NCBI RefSeq assembly: GCF_006345805.1
Contig: NC_043002.1
Span: 53,630,001 to 53,694,000, forward strand
DNA from: Octopus sinensis
Lineage: Eukaryota
Reading direction: 5' to 3'
Length of the DNA: 64,000 bases
A program made the translations under genes and the position numbers. Positions 39,165-53,222 of this stretch are shown in pieces. Within the stretch, counting starts at the first letter, position 1, and the number at the start of each line of letters is the position of its first letter. The notes under the pieces are model-generated. The model was not told the origin of the DNA and ran no database searches. It saw nothing but the letters and a program-made list of their open reading frames with translations.

Positions 39165-39288
39165 ACTCAGAGTATCTCAACAGGCATGATAGAGTTTCCA
39201 AATATATCTACTGGATATTGCAAGGACCTAGAGCTGCCTAGTGATATTAATAATAATGATAATAATGATGATGATAATAATAATAATA

Positions 39289-39359
<71 letters not shown>

Positions 39360-39490
39360 CATAGGGTAAAAGATTGCAAAGATAAAGCACTGTACAAGAA
39401 ATTGAAAACGAATGAAACTGAAAATAGGTGGGTAAAGAAAAGAATGGATGGTCAATTTCATAGGGAGAAGAAAGATGGCTGTGGATGACT
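39165..39490 (+). mobile_element. Two R4/Dong-like fragments separated by (AAT)n(GAT)n
   Basis: EYLNRHDRVSKYIYW (39170-39215) and KLKTNETENRWVKKRMDGQFHRE (39400-39470; cf. RWQEKPLHGKYW at 61.35 kb). Confidence 0.65.
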
Positions 39491-40075
39491 ACGAGCAGAA
39501 GTAGTGGGGGAGCATCAATGCCCTGATGCAGTACCAAGCAGTGACTCTCATGGCTTCTGATCTTAACTGATTGGAAGTGTTATCATGTACATTGTGACGT
39601 CTTGGTATAAAAGATGGGCTACAGCAAATATTCTGCTCAATACCACAGATTTGCTTGTCAGTTGTTTGACCTTAACCAGTTGACCATGTCGCTTAGTGGC
39701 TGACAATATGTGCATCTCTGATCACGAGTAGAAGTAGAGAGGAATCATCATAGCCGTGTGTTGAAAGGGATTCTTTGGGGTTTCAATAATAATCCTCTGG
39801 AAACATGGGTGTTTCGTTCAACATCATTAAACAACCCTTATTCAGGGACCTTTTGAGCGGGATGGGTTACTCGACCTGAAGAAAATTCAAACTGGGCCCA
39901 CTTGCAAGGTCATGTGCTATTAATCTTGATATGAGATCACGATGTTGCGCACATATGGTTGTGATGCATGTACCTAGTGTACTCTTATCAGACGGGTAGT
40001 CATGATGGGTATACTGGGCTTCGTATATTTTACTCCAATGTCACTTTGATGGCATGCACTGCTCTCTCACTCAAT
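39488..40075 (+). mobile_element. Unclassified interspersed repeat with (AAT)n tail
   Basis: Internal repeat 'acgag.agaagtag.g..gga.catca' at ~39490 and ~39722; partial inverted copy at 40150-40250; ends in AAT repeats. Confidence 0.5.
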
Positions 40076-40117
40076 AATGATAATGATAATAATAACAATA
40101 ATAGTAATAATAATAAC

Positions 40118-40151
<34 letters not shown>

Positions 40152-40254
40152 GCCCATCTTTTATACCAAGACAAAACAATGTACATAACACGTCCAATCA
40201 GTTAAGATCAAAAGCCACGAGGGAAACTGCCTGGTATTGCATCAGGTAATTTAC

Positions 40255-40286
40255 TATTATTATTATTGTTGCTCTTGGTGTTGGTC

Positions 40287-40342
<56 letters not shown>

Positions 40343-40355
40343 TTCATTATTAATA

Positions 40356-40418
<63 letters not shown>

Positions 40419-40445
40419 GTATTATCATCATTATCATCATCATCA

Positions 40446-40480
<35 letters not shown>

Positions 40481-40500
40481 GTTATTATTATTATTGTCAT
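40255..40500. repeat. (ATT)n/(ATC)n microsatellite
   Basis: Direct reading. Confidence 0.95.
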
Positions 40501-40504
40501 TATT

Positions 40505-40630
40505 CGATCGCGGCAGAATTTTAACGTTCTGAGTTAAAATCCTGCCGGTATCGACTTTGCCTTTCATCCTTTTAGGGTCAATAAATTAAGTAGTAGTTCC
40601 CCCAAATTTCAGGTCTTGTACCTATAGAAG
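40505..40630 (+). mobile_element. SINE family A fragment
   Basis: 'gttctgagttaaaatcc...cgactttgcctttcatcctttagggtcaataaattaagta'. Confidence 0.7.
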
Positions 40631-40635
40631 AAAGG

Positions 40636-40697
<62 letters not shown>

Positions 40698-40939
40698 CAT
40701 CATCATCATCATCATTATTATTATTATTAGTAGTAGTAGTAGTACTGGTAGTAGTACTACTACTAGGGTATGAGGAGGAGGCGGAGGAGGAAGAGAACAT
40801 TAACAACAAGGAGAAGAACAACAATGTTGTATAGTGTACTATAGTTATTCACCGTAAAACTATTCACTATAATTCCTAACGGAAGCCTGAGCAGTGGAAT
40901 AGTAGTTACGATGATAATATAATAAAACGAAATAAAAAA

Positions 40940-40994
<55 letters not shown>

Positions 40995-41339
40995 ATAGCC
41001 AAACAAAGAAATAAAAGTGAAAACGAAAGTGAATGTACAGAGTAAAAATGCACGTGACAAAAACGATACCGACAATCGTGATTACATTTATAATAACAAC
41101 CCAAACTATAACGCAAAACGATGATAGTCGAAGTAATAACAACCACAATTACAATATGAAGAAGGACAAGAAGCAAAAGAATCTAGTATTTGATAGGAAT
41201 ACAACTGAAAGTATGTACATCTATGCTTTAGTTCAAAAGAAACAGGTTACATATATGTTTGTTTTGTTCTTTGTTTATCTGTTATCTTTTCCTTTGTATA
41301 TTTACTACTCTGAGTTGATAAAATAACGTAGATATAGAG

Positions 41340-41681
41340 GCTGTGGTGGAATTAGGAAAAGGAGGAAAGAAATATTGAAGGAAAAGGAAAAAAAAGGGCA
41401 TGATAGAAATGTGAGAGAGAAAAGAGTAATGATGTAAAGTGAAAAGAAATGGAAAAGATGTGAAAAAAAAAGGAGGAGGATGTGGAGGAAGAGGGGGTGG
41501 GGTGGAGGAGGAGGAGAAAAAGAAGAAAGAAAGAAACAGACAAACAAACAAATAAACAAAGAAGGAAACGAAAGGAAGAAACAAACAGACAAAACAAAGA
41601 AGGAAAGAAAGAAACAAGAAAGAAAGAAAGAAAGAAAGAAAGGACAGAAGAAAGAAAGAAAGAAAGGACAGAAGGAAGAAA

Positions 41682-41714
<33 letters not shown>

Positions 41715-41730
41715 ATGAAAGAAAAGTTAC
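41340..41730. repeat. Purine-rich (GAAA)n/(GGA)n low-complexity tract
   Basis: Direct reading. Confidence 0.9.
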
Positions 41731-42691
41731 TGGAAATTTTGTTATTTCTGGTGAACATGGTGGGGAAGGTGGTGTGGCAAATGCTGACAATGGTGAAACT
41801 AAAATGTGTATGATATGTGATAGCGAAGAAATATAGAATAAAAGAGCAAAATTATTTATCTGAAATGTAAACGAGAGTGACAGTAAGAAATACAAACGAA
41901 AGTGTAATAAGGAATTAAAAAAAAAAGAAGGATAATGTGACAATTTTATTCTAGAGATAGAAAATATAAACACTTCAGAAAGAAGAAAGAGTTTATGAGG
42001 CAGAAAAACTATAAGCAATTTGGAGTAAAAGTACTTTAAAAAACTACGTGCTCAAAAGATATCATAGGCACAGAAACATGAAAATTTTATACTTCTGACA
42101 TTTGAAAGTACATTTATATATGTGTTGGGGATATAACTACAGAATGTGCGGTGGCTGAATATTGTGCATTTTCTGGCTAAATGAACACCATATGTATATA
42201 TATATATATAATGAAATATATGGCTGTATGAATACGATAAACGTTATGAATTGTGTGATTATTTTATAGACACGAGATTATGCGGCTGTGTGAGTAGAAA
42301 ATAGGTCCTCATATAATGTATTATGTAGTTGTTTTAGTACAAGAAAAATCTATATATCGTATGGTCTTATATATATAAAAACCTTTGACTCTACAACACT
42401 GTACATAAATTCTGTACTTGTGATGACCAATTTTAAATACTGTTGGATCTTACTCATAAGGAATTGGAATCTTGTATTGTGTATAAACTTTATACATGGA
42501 ATGAACAATTTTGAATACTAATGGACTTTTCTCATAAGGTATTGGAATCTTACGTATATATCATTCTGCCTAAAAAATGGATCTACAAATTCACTATCCC
42601 TACATATCTCACATCTATTTTCTTTCCTCCACCTCACTCTCTATTTTGTATCCTATCTAAATTAACTATTACTTAATCATCCTCTCACATC

Positions 42692-42743
42692 GTCTCCGAT
42701 GAAGGGATATAATTAATAAATATCCTGGAAACAGCTGTAAGAC
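42692..42743 (+). ncRNA. Type I hammerhead motif (U4C core variant)
   Basis: GUCU-CCGAUGA-AGGGAUAU-(9 nt)-AUAUCCUG-GAAA-CAGCUG-UA-AGAC. Palindromic helix III CAGCUG, GUA triplet. Confidence 0.72.
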
Positions 42744-42812
42744 CTTCTATCTATAAATGTTCTAATATCTACACAGCCTTGGTTTTTTATCTCATTATGC
42801 AAAAAATTATTT

Positions 42813-42875
<63 letters not shown>

Positions 42876-43109
42876 TGTATGTATGTATGTATGCATGTAT
42901 GTATGTATGTATGTATATATGTATGTATATACAACTTGTACAAGAGGGCCCATGGTGACAAAGTTTTGACTTGCTAATCATCGTGAGACTAACTATTAGT
43001 TGGCCCACCAACCGAAGTTCTAAGTCACATTCACCCCAATTCTTGTAAAAGTTTAATAAACATGTACTCTTCTAAAATTCTTCAGTATAACGTTAACATA
43101 CTCACTTAG

Positions 43110-43202
<93 letters not shown>

Positions 43203-43207
43203 ATATT

Positions 43208-43508
43208 CAGTTGTGTCTGGGGAGAGTCATTCTCTTTTGGTGCCTTATAATTTAACATACTCACCGGTAAAATTTCCACTTATTTCTTTTTTATATTTTT
43301 CCAAAATTTTTGCTGCGTCTTGTATATGAAAATTAATACATCAAATTTAAAATATAGATAAAATAAGATAAAACAGAATGCACATACATACATAGTTGGA
43401 TGGCCGTTGACTACTCTAAGTTCTGCCCTTATGACAGGCTCCATTTTCGTCCCGCAGGGTGTCAAAAAATCATCCCCTCACCAAGCACGCTTGGTGGGGT
43501 TGCCAGTT
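43208..43508 (+). mobile_element. Possible non-autonomous Helitron
   Basis: 3' GC hairpin 'caccaag-cacg-cttggtg' followed by 'gggttgccagt' (CTAGT-like end). Confidence 0.45.
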
Positions 43509-45231
43509 TAGTCGCCGACGACCCGACATTCAACACGTGAGTACAGCAATGTTGGTCGACCATGGCTCAGATAAAAGGACGAGCTGAAGATTAACCTCTT
43601 AGCTTTGAAGATAACTCACAACACCTTTGAGTGAAGGGCCTTGGAGCAAACAAAATGGAGATCGTTGTGTCAAAACAGTGTTAGAAACTTTGTTGCAACC
43701 AGCGTTAGCAAGGCAAAGGAGAAAAGCGGCTGCAAATATAAGTGCCATTTGAGCACTGAGGTGGATGGGATCGACTTACCCACCTCCTATGGAAATGCTG
43801 GCCTTTTGCCAAAATTTGAAACTAAATGGGGACTGATACCGAACAAAATAGCTAATAATATTTTCTTGTTAAATCACCAAGTTATGAATTCAAAAATATT
43901 TCATGACACGATGATAGCAATCAATCACCACTCAGAGATCGATACATGTATTATTAGGCATCGATAGCGATTAATGCCAATGCCAGTCAGTAATACTACT
44001 TCTCTGCAATAACGTGGTCTTGTGCTAATGTGAGAATTCATTATTGAAACTTCCTCTAAGAAATTATAAATTTAAATAAAATATTGAAAATCATTTCTTG
44101 TAATATTGTCGGCATTTCTGGCATATTGATTTTGTAGTGTATTGATTTAGTAGTGTTGTCTTTTGAGATGTTAGAATGTTGGCATGCATGAGGACAATAA
44201 GATTTTGTCCAAAGATCGCAATAAATCCATATTTCTACATTGGCAGCGAGATCTTTCATATCACATAATGTGAATGTACACGTGCACGCACATGCATCTC
44301 TTACACGCGGGTACAGACACAGACACGCACTTATACTCCTCACAGACATACACACATACACACTGGCGCACATATATACACAAATATAGATAGAAAAATA
44401 GGTACATATATATATATATATATATATACATCCAATCATGCATGTTTACACACACATATACACATATATGCATACGTACATATATGCATACATACATGCA
44501 TGCATACATACATACATACGTGTGTACGTACGTACATACATACATACATACATACATACATACATACATGCATACATACGTACGTACGTACATTCATACA
44601 TACATATTCCGGCACTACTCAAAATTGAGCATACGTATAATTAAATTCTATTTCGGTCATTAGTTGAGGAATATTGTGTTAAATATTTAGAAAGTATTTC
44701 CTCCTCTATCACTCTCTTTCTCCGCTTCTCTCCCTCCCTCTCTCCCTACCCTCTGCTCTCTCTCGCTCTCTTTCTCTTTCTGATATCCATAAATTATAAG
44801 CTATGTTCCAAGTTAACAATATTGTCTTCTAGGGTTTTTTTTTCCATAGAACTGGAGAAGCAGAAAGGAAAATAACTTAAAATCACAAGTTTAGGCAGTC
44901 GATGTCAAGTAAAAACCAGTCAACAATAATAGCAATGATATAACATAGTCTTGCTCTGTTTACCTTCTTATAAAAGGAAGAACACATAAGAGGGTAATGA
45001 GATGTTTCTTATACAATTAAATGGCACGAAAATGAGCTACGATAAACAACTGCCAGTGGCATGCATTTGAAGAACAAAGACGGATAGAAATATATAAAAC
45101 TACCATGCAAGGTAAATTCTCGATGAATTGATATTTCCGCGTCCGAGGATCAACTCCGAATAAGAATGGGAAGTCTCTAAAAATTCACGTAACATTATGT
45201 AAAAGTTGCTTTATACTCATTATATTCTTTT

Positions 45232-45385
45232 CTACACAAGGCACAAGACCCAAAATTTTAGGGGAGGGGACAAGGCGACTAGATCGACCCCAGTACGCAA
45301 CTGATACTTAATTTATCGATCTCGAAAGGATGAAAGGTAAAGACGACTTCAGCGAAATTTGAATTCAGAACGTAAATATAGACGA
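45232..45385 (-). mobile_element. SINE family A
   Basis: 'tttctacacaaggcacaag...gatcgaccccagtacgcaactg...gaaaggatgaaagg...gaaatttgaattcagaacg'. Confidence 0.75.
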
Positions 45386-46539
45386 AAGATACAGTAGAAA
45401 GGATTATTGATTGTAGAAGTTGACATTGATATTTAGCGCCAAGTTTACTCTAATCAAGGACAAATCTGTTAAAAAACACACAGGCCTTAACCATTCCAAT
45501 TTTTATTGAAACAGTGCATTTAGGAAAATATTATCCAATGGCTGATGTTAGGTTTTCTTAAAAGAAAAATGAAGAAATAAAGTGGTGTGATGTGAGGGAC
45601 ATTTTGTTGCTAGTTTTTAGTAAGTTCAGTGACAAAATTGAGGCTGTTTTGTTGTCTCATCATTCTGCAGTTGGTTCAGAATGTATTATCTTTCGTTTTG
45701 TTCATGCTGTTGATATCTGCCACTGAACACAATAATAGAAATTCTAAATATAAGATATAGACAAGAAAAAAAAAGGAACATGTTATAGCTCACGAGGCTA
45801 AGGTAGTGCACGCAACAAACACAATTTTTGCACAGAGGTAACATTGCGCATTTAGTTTAGGAATGAAACAGTTTTTTCTTGAGAGAGGAGCGGTATTTTA
45901 TGATAAAATAAAGAACTAAGTAAAAAGAAAAATGAGAATGAAGAAACAGTATAACTACTGATAACGTAACAAAATACGATTGGCCTACATTTTAATATAT
46001 TTAATTATTTTTTATCTTTTTTATTTCAGTATTGGTTTCAAATTATGAAGCGAAAGTCACAATTTAAGTTTCATAATTTAAGTAATATGATTCTAACAAT
46101 TTTTTTAGCGTCATGATCGCCGCCATAATCGTTAAAGAAATCAACATGAACAAAGTAGAGCAAACTAAACATTCTCCCACACATATGTATGTAGGTGGGG
46201 AGAGAGGGAATTAGGTAGGAAGGAAGGAAGGTAAGTAGGTAGGTAGGTAGGTAAGCAGGCAGGCAGGCAGGCAGACAGAGAGCAGGCAGATACGTCACGT
46301 CAAATAATCAATTTAATCATCAACTGATGATGTGCATAAATTAGAAACCACATCTTTCGAATTTACTCATATCACGTTTCAAAGCTCCAAAAACTGTTAT
46401 AATAATTATCGTTATTTCTAACAAAAGCAAAATGCCAGAAATTAGCTTTAGGATTGTCCAGATTTATTGACTCAGTTCTTGACTCATACTTTCTTTTATC
46501 GATACCAAAAAGATAAGACCAACAATTAACCTCGTTTAC

Positions 46540-46712
46540 GCTTACTCGTTTTAGTCATTTCAATGTGGGCATGCTGGTGTACCGGTTTAAAGGGTTTTCA
46601 GTCAAAGAAATGGATCCCAGAGCTTATTCTTTGTAAGCTTAGTACTTATTCTATCACTAAGTTACGGGTACGTAAACACACCGACATCGGTTGACAAGCG
46701 ATGGTGGGACAG
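46540..46712 (-). mobile_element. SINE family C 3' part
   Basis: 'ttactcgttttagtcattt...catgctgg...cccagagcttattctttgtaagc...cgtaaacacaccgacatcgg'. Confidence 0.65.
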
Positions 46713-46766
46713 ACACACTTGAATATGTACACACAAGCACACGCACAAACACAAACCACACAGACA

Positions 46767-46814
<48 letters not shown>

Positions 46815-47019
46815 ATATATTATATATATATACTCCACCACCTACACCACCAAACGGTATATACAGGTGCTTACAATTATCAACTACTCACCCTGAATTT
46901 CTATATACATATATAATATATACCGGAAGCTTTATGAAAATAAACAAAAGACGAAGGCAGGTGGAAGACAAACGAACAATTGTATTAGTATGGCGCTCAG
47001 GAAATATAAATAAAACAAG

Positions 47020-47057
47020 TCTTTAACGTTTCGAGCCTACGCTCTTCAACAGAAAGA
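47020..47057 (-). ncRNA. 38-nt minimal hammerhead variant
   Basis: UCUUU-CUGUUGA-A-GAGC-GUAG-GCUC-GAAA-CG-UU-AAAGA. A6>U core change, 1-nt insertion after A9, loopless CG helix III. Confidence 0.62.
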
Positions 47058-47122
47058 TACACAGAGAGAGAAAAACACAGAAAGAAGGAGAGAAAAAAAA
47101 TGCGTGCAGTAGCTAACGAATC

Positions 47123-47995
47123 AACGTTGGACAAAATAATGGAAACACCTTAAAATCTCAAACAAATTTTATTTGACATGTGGTAGGACCGCCTGTGGCA
47201 GTACTTACACCTTGAATTCTACGAGTTATGGACTTGAATTGTTTCCAAAGGAATTTTTGTTCATTCTTCAGCTAAAACAGTCTCCAGTTCTTGCAGTGAT
47301 GATGGTGGAGGATATCGACTCCTTACTTGATTTTCTAAAATGCACCATAAATGTTCAATAATATTGAGATCTGGGGAGTGTCGTGGCCAGATAAGAGTTC
47401 AACTCCCCTAGAATGTTCCTCATGCCATTCAGTAACAACTTTGGCTGTGTGAATTGGTGCATTATCCTCCTGAAAGAATGCGTTTCCAACCGCAAAAAGT
47501 TCCGTAAGCATTGCATGAATCTGATCTGATAAAATGCTTAAATAGACTTGACTATTAATTCTGCCTTGAAGGGGAACCATTGGGCCGGCAAATTTCTAAG
47601 AGATCATAACAAATCGTCCTCTGTGTATAACAGTCGGAAGAAGGCAGTATGGGTCAAAAGCTTCTTTTGGATGTCTTCACACGTATACTCGGCCGGTGGT
47701 CGGAAATAAGGTACAGGACGACTCGTCCGGGAAAATGACATTCTAGGGACCAATTCTGTAGGTTTTTACTCCACTCTAAATGCTTTGCAACGTTTCTTTT
47801 TGAAATTAGTGGTTTTCTGATTGCCCCCCTCCCGTGAAATCCGGCTTTGTGCAACTCCCGGCGAACCGTTTTTGTGAAAACTGAGTTCTCGAAGTGGTCA
47901 TTAATCTCTGCAGTATTTTGGAGAACTATACTTTTCTGATCCTTTCTAACAATTCGCGTACGAGTCCGACGGTTCCTATCTGAATGCATTAGTTT
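47123..47995 (-). mobile_element. Tc1 (DD34E-type) transposon remnant
   Basis: TIR-like 'gttggacaaaataatggaaacacc'; KTVRRELHKAGFHGR..IRKPLISK; LQGRINSQVYLSIL; FQEDNAPIHTAK; PDLNII. Confidence 0.88.
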
Positions 47996-48213
47996 TCTTC
48001 CAGAGTTTTGTTTCGACTAGGAGGTTTTTCTCAAATAATTTTTGATTAGATGTAAAGTGCTATCAGTGAGAAACACCTCAATTAGTCCAAGTATGGGTGC
48101 TAGTTTGGTAAAGTAACACCCGACAAATGCGCACAGGCATGCATAGACCATGCACAAACACACACACTAACACGCACAACACATGATTCTACATGAATAT
48201 ACACACATGCTTG

Positions 48214-48245
<32 letters not shown>

Positions 48246-48420
48246 ATGTATAAGTATATAATATACAAATACATATATATATACATATGTATATTTATAT
48301 ATATATATGTATATATATATGCATATATGTGTATATATATATATTTATATATATAGGTATATACACTATATGTGCATATACATATACACATATATATATA
48401 TATATATAATATATATATAT

Positions 48421-48477
<57 letters not shown>

Positions 48478-48860
48478 ATATATATATATATACATCACAC
48501 ACATGCACCCATAAGAACATATATTGTTTTTACGTATTTGATTAGGCCGTTTAATTGCGAGTACCGATTCGTTTAGATTTTATGTTGTTTTGCATTGCTC
48601 TCAGTAACAACGCTGGAAATTTCTCGAACGCAGACTCATTAATCAAGAAAAGAATTCAATTTAAGAATTTAACAAAGGAAAAAGATACTATCTTGCGGCG
48701 TCCGTCTACTTTTATTCCTATTTTTCAGGCACTGCAATTATTTTAACACTTTCTTTTCTGCAAAACCATAAAATATATTACCATTACTAAAATAACAGCA
48801 AGGCTTGTTTATCCTGGCTGCTATTCTATTCTGTTATATTTTCATAGACGCATAAATACA

Positions 48861-48910
<50 letters not shown>

Positions 48911-49179
48911 ACGCACGCACACACGCACATATACTTACATACACACACAAACGCACGTATGCACGTGTTTTATATTTATATGTATGGTTTTATATTTATA
49001 TGTATGTATGGCATAGGTCTACAAATGCATAAGTGTATGAGTGTGCGCGTGTGTATGTGATTGTTTGTGTGTGTGTGTGTGCACATGCGCGAGTTTTTTT
49101 AATGTATGCGTGTTCGTTTCTTTGAAAATCTATGTATGTTCCATTCTGCGATTAAATAGTTTGGCATTTTCATGTAATT

Positions 49180-49358
49180 ACTGGAACAATTGTGTGGTCA
49201 GATATTACCTTCCCAACCTCGTGGATTCTGGTTCAGTCCCAGTGCATAGTGCCTTACGCAAATATCTTCTGCTACAGCCCCGGGTGGACCAAAACCTTCT
49301 GAATGGATTTGGTCGACGGAAACTGAAAGAAGCTCGTTGTATACATACACACACGCAT

Positions 49359-49396
<38 letters not shown>

Positions 49397-49404
49397 CGTG
49401 TGTA

Positions 49405-49448
<44 letters not shown>

Positions 49449-49670
49449 TGTTCGTGCTTGTCGTTGTGTCAGTGTTTATCCCCCAGTTACGGTTGTCAAT
49501 CGGTGCTGTTTCTTTTATATCCCACTAAGTAAGCGGTTCGGCATAGACACCGATTATGTACCAGACATCATAAAACGAAGTACTGAATTTGATTTGTTCA
49601 CCTAAACCCTTCACGGTGGGGAGGCCTCCTTCATTGCCACTCTCTAGCGACTGAAACGAATACCTACATA
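49180..49670 (+). mobile_element. SINE family C
   Basis: 'ggttcagtcccagtgc...gaccaaaacc...ggatttggtcgacggaaactgaaagaagc...taagcggttcggc'. Confidence 0.8.
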
Positions 49671-49870
49671 ATTACATACCTTCATAGTTGATCCAAAAGT
49701 GCACAAGAAAAACAACAACGCGAGGACGTGGTACACGCACAGTATTAAAAGCCATACATACATTTATACATACAAACATACATCCATACATACATACATA
49801 CAAACAGACAGACAGACAGACATATTACAAATAGCAACAAAATTACGGACGGAGCTCTTGCATGGCTACG

Positions 49871-49903
<33 letters not shown>

Positions 49904-49905
49904 AT

Positions 49906-49939
<34 letters not shown>

Positions 49940-49940
<1 letters not shown>

Positions 49941-50050
49941 CGATGGCCTTCTTTCAGTTTCTGTCTGTGACTATAATAGAAGAAATTTGCCGAAGGTGCC
50001 ACTCAGTGAAACTCAACCCGAAACCTCATCGTTAGGAAATGCATCACGCA
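49940..50050 (-). mobile_element. SINE family C 5' fragment
   Basis: 'ggccttctttcagtttc...gaaggtgccactcagtgaaactcaacccg'. Confidence 0.55.
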
Positions 50051-50390
50051 CACACTCACGTGCTCATCGACCTTCTGTCAAATCAAGACATTCAGGCATC
50101 ACTTGCTTCCTGTCCAGCCATGACGTCAAAGAAATTTATCTTTCTAAACGGATTGTGGCCATGTACAACTGATGGTCTTCGATAATACTACGTGACCCCG
50201 CTTTGGCTAATAGCAGCCTATCTTTGACTTTTTGCATCTCTCCATTCGGTAATATAAAGTCTGAAAGAGACGAGCTTCTGTTAGAGGCGTGCGTAACTTA
50301 AAGTCACATAGAACTCAATAAAACCGTTTCAAATAATACACGTAACTCTCACGAAATGTATTCAGTGCGGCTTTCTTTCGTCCTTCTACT

Positions 50391-50434
<44 letters not shown>

Positions 50435-50726
50435 TTAGGATATATGAATAGGAGGCAATTATAGCCATAAACAAATTAGGTACATTAATTATATTAAAAA
50501 ATATGAAATATGTCAAAATACAAAATATGTATGTATTTATACATGCAACACGAGAGAAAGCAAAAGGATGAGACTTTCAGACGATGAATGTTTTAGTATA
50601 AATATATAGATATTTATATTAATAAGTCCAACTTACATAGAATACAAATGATAGAGAAAATTAAAGGGGTGGAAGAGAGGTGATATAAAAGCATTGAACA
50701 GCACACACACACACCACACACACACA

Positions 50727-50772
<46 letters not shown>

Positions 50773-51429
50773 TATATTATATATATATATTATAATATAT
50801 ATATACGTGTGTGTGTGCATGTATATATCATTTATGATATGTAGAGGTGTTTGTGACTATACATATTTTATTTGTATTAAGTTCTCTTTATTTGTAATTT
50901 AACCTTTGTTGATATATTTACGCTACATCATGATTTGCACCTTAAGCGCTAAATTTTGCGTAGTTTGTTCTAGAATATATATCACTGAATTAGATTTAAC
51001 TGAATATATTTAATTCGGGATTTACTATATATATGCTTCTGATTATCCCGTTATTGAATTGACCCCGTTCATTATCATCACGGAATATAAAAGTTACGCA
51101 GTGATTTTGCGCTGCGTATAGCCTTAGAAGCACTTTTAAAAGGTAAATGAACTGTCGAGGATAATGATAAATTAGGGTAAATTAACATACATTAATGTTT
51201 ATCTACTTTAACGTACTTTCTACAGTTACTACCGCTACACTTATGTACGCACACAAACACACACACGCACACTGCATAACTGGAAGCCATCTGAATATTG
51301 AAAACGAGTTACCGAAATCATGATGGTTAATGCCAGGTAGGAAAATGGTGTTAAATGCTCTGTGAACGCCGTAAAGGTTGTAAGTCGTGATATGGACAGA
51401 TTCAACGAAGAGTACTAAACCAAGAACAG

Positions 51430-51529
51430 NNNNNNNNNNNNNNNNNNNNNNNNNNNNNNNNNNNNNNNNNNNNNNNNNNNNNNNNNNNNNNNNNNNNNNN
51501 NNNNNNNNNNNNNNNNNNNNNNNNNNNNN
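51430..51529. other. Assembly gap (100 N)
   Basis: Run of N. Confidence 1.
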
Positions 51530-51547
51530 TACATATATTCATGCACG

Positions 51548-51864
51548 TGGGGGCGCAATGGCCCAGTGGTTAGGGCAGCGGACTCGGGATCGTAGGATCG
51601 CGGTTTCAATTCCCAGACCGGGCGTTGTGAGTGTTTATTGAGCGAAAACACCTAAAGCTCCACAAGGTTCCGGCAGGGGGTGGTGGCGATCCCTGTCGTA
51701 CTCTTTCGCTACAACTTTCTCTCACTCTTTCTTCTGTTGGTCTGCTCGCTTAGCCAGCGGGGTGGCGTCATTTGAAGGCTAAAACAATGCGAAGAGCATT
51801 GTGACCAGCGATGTGTTGCAACATCTGATAGCCTGGTTGGTGACGGTGACGGTGACGGTGATAT
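51548..51864 (+). mobile_element. Octopus SINE family B variant with (GTGACG)n tail
   Basis: tRNA-like head 'ggcgcaatggcccagtggttagggcagcggactcg...ggtttcaattcccagacc'. Confidence 0.85.
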
Positions 51865-52174
51865 TCATACACATATACCTAGATATATACAGGTGTGCGT
51901 GTCTGAGTATAGGCGAGTGTTTGTGTGTGTAAAGCCATTATTGATATTGATATAAATGTAACCTGATGTTTGTAGATATACAAATAGAAAGGCATATAAT
52001 GTGTATTGTACTGGAAGATGTTATACAACAGCGAAACAATATTGTTCAATATAACAAATGTAAAACGAATTATAAGAGAAACTAGAGAGACGGAAATATG
52101 ATAAAAAATACCGTAAACATGAGCAAACATGAGCCAATGAGATAGCTTTTACCATGTCACACATGCTAGAAATA

Positions 52175-52400
52175 TCAGTGCAGCGCTTGAAAGTTCCCAG
52201 CATTAAACTGCATGTTTACTTAAACCCATTTTTACATTGCATTTAAGTCCTGTTGTAAGCTTCCGATGTCATCGGGATATTTTATTGCCGGAGATAATTT
52301 GTATCATCAGCGTAGCTATCTGTCAAATAGTCAAATCTCTCAGATTAAAACTCGATGCCTTTTGTTTTGACAATGAAAGTCATTGAAGAATTTAGTACTA
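52175..52400 (-). mobile_element. CR1/L2-like RT fragment
   Basis: SYADDT..., DDIGSLQQDLNAM*KW..NMQFNAGNFQAL. Confidence 0.7.
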
Positions 52401-53127
52401 TAAGAACTGCATATGAGCACAAGGTGTGGTGGCCACAGCTGTAGCGACACTGGTGATATGTTGGCTCATGTGAAGATGACCTAGTTTTAAACAACAAGCA
52501 ACTGTAGCTGAAATGATCTCACGAATAGTCTCTTATATGGAAATATAAGTGATTATTCCAGAAACAAGAGCTGAAACATCTTCAGATCAAACATCATCAT
52601 ATAAGGAAGACGAAGGAGAATCATGTGTAACTTTGGAAGCATATTTTACTATCGACAATAGTATCAGAAGATATAGCATACAAACAATAAGTATACATAA
52701 ACACATACGAACACCCTGACATATGTATATATGTATAATGTACTGTTCCTTGGTGATAAGATCAGCCGAAAAGTAGTCCATCTGGTGAGAGATAAATATA
52801 TTTTTCTAAACACAGCATATGATTTTATGTGCTACTAATAGTTTCTCGTGTTGAGAACATGCCAAACAAAGTTTTAGAACACGCCTGTGGTGACGTAAGT
52901 TTGTTCTGGATAATTCGCAACCGACCTTTGAAAATTCCATTTTTACTTCTTTTACTTCCGCTCATCTCTTATTTAGAGCTTTATCTGCTATGATGTCCAC
53001 TGTTCCGAAATAACTGTATGTATATATGTATATGCAATATATGTATGCATGTAAGTATGTATGTTATATGTATCTGTATTATATATATATATCTGTATAT
53101 ATGTATCTGTATATATATGTATCTGTA

Positions 53128-53222
<95 letters not shown>

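Noticed and set aside
50060-50265. Minus-strand segment with good acceptor and GTGAGT donor
   Set aside because: Stop codons in all three frames before the donor.
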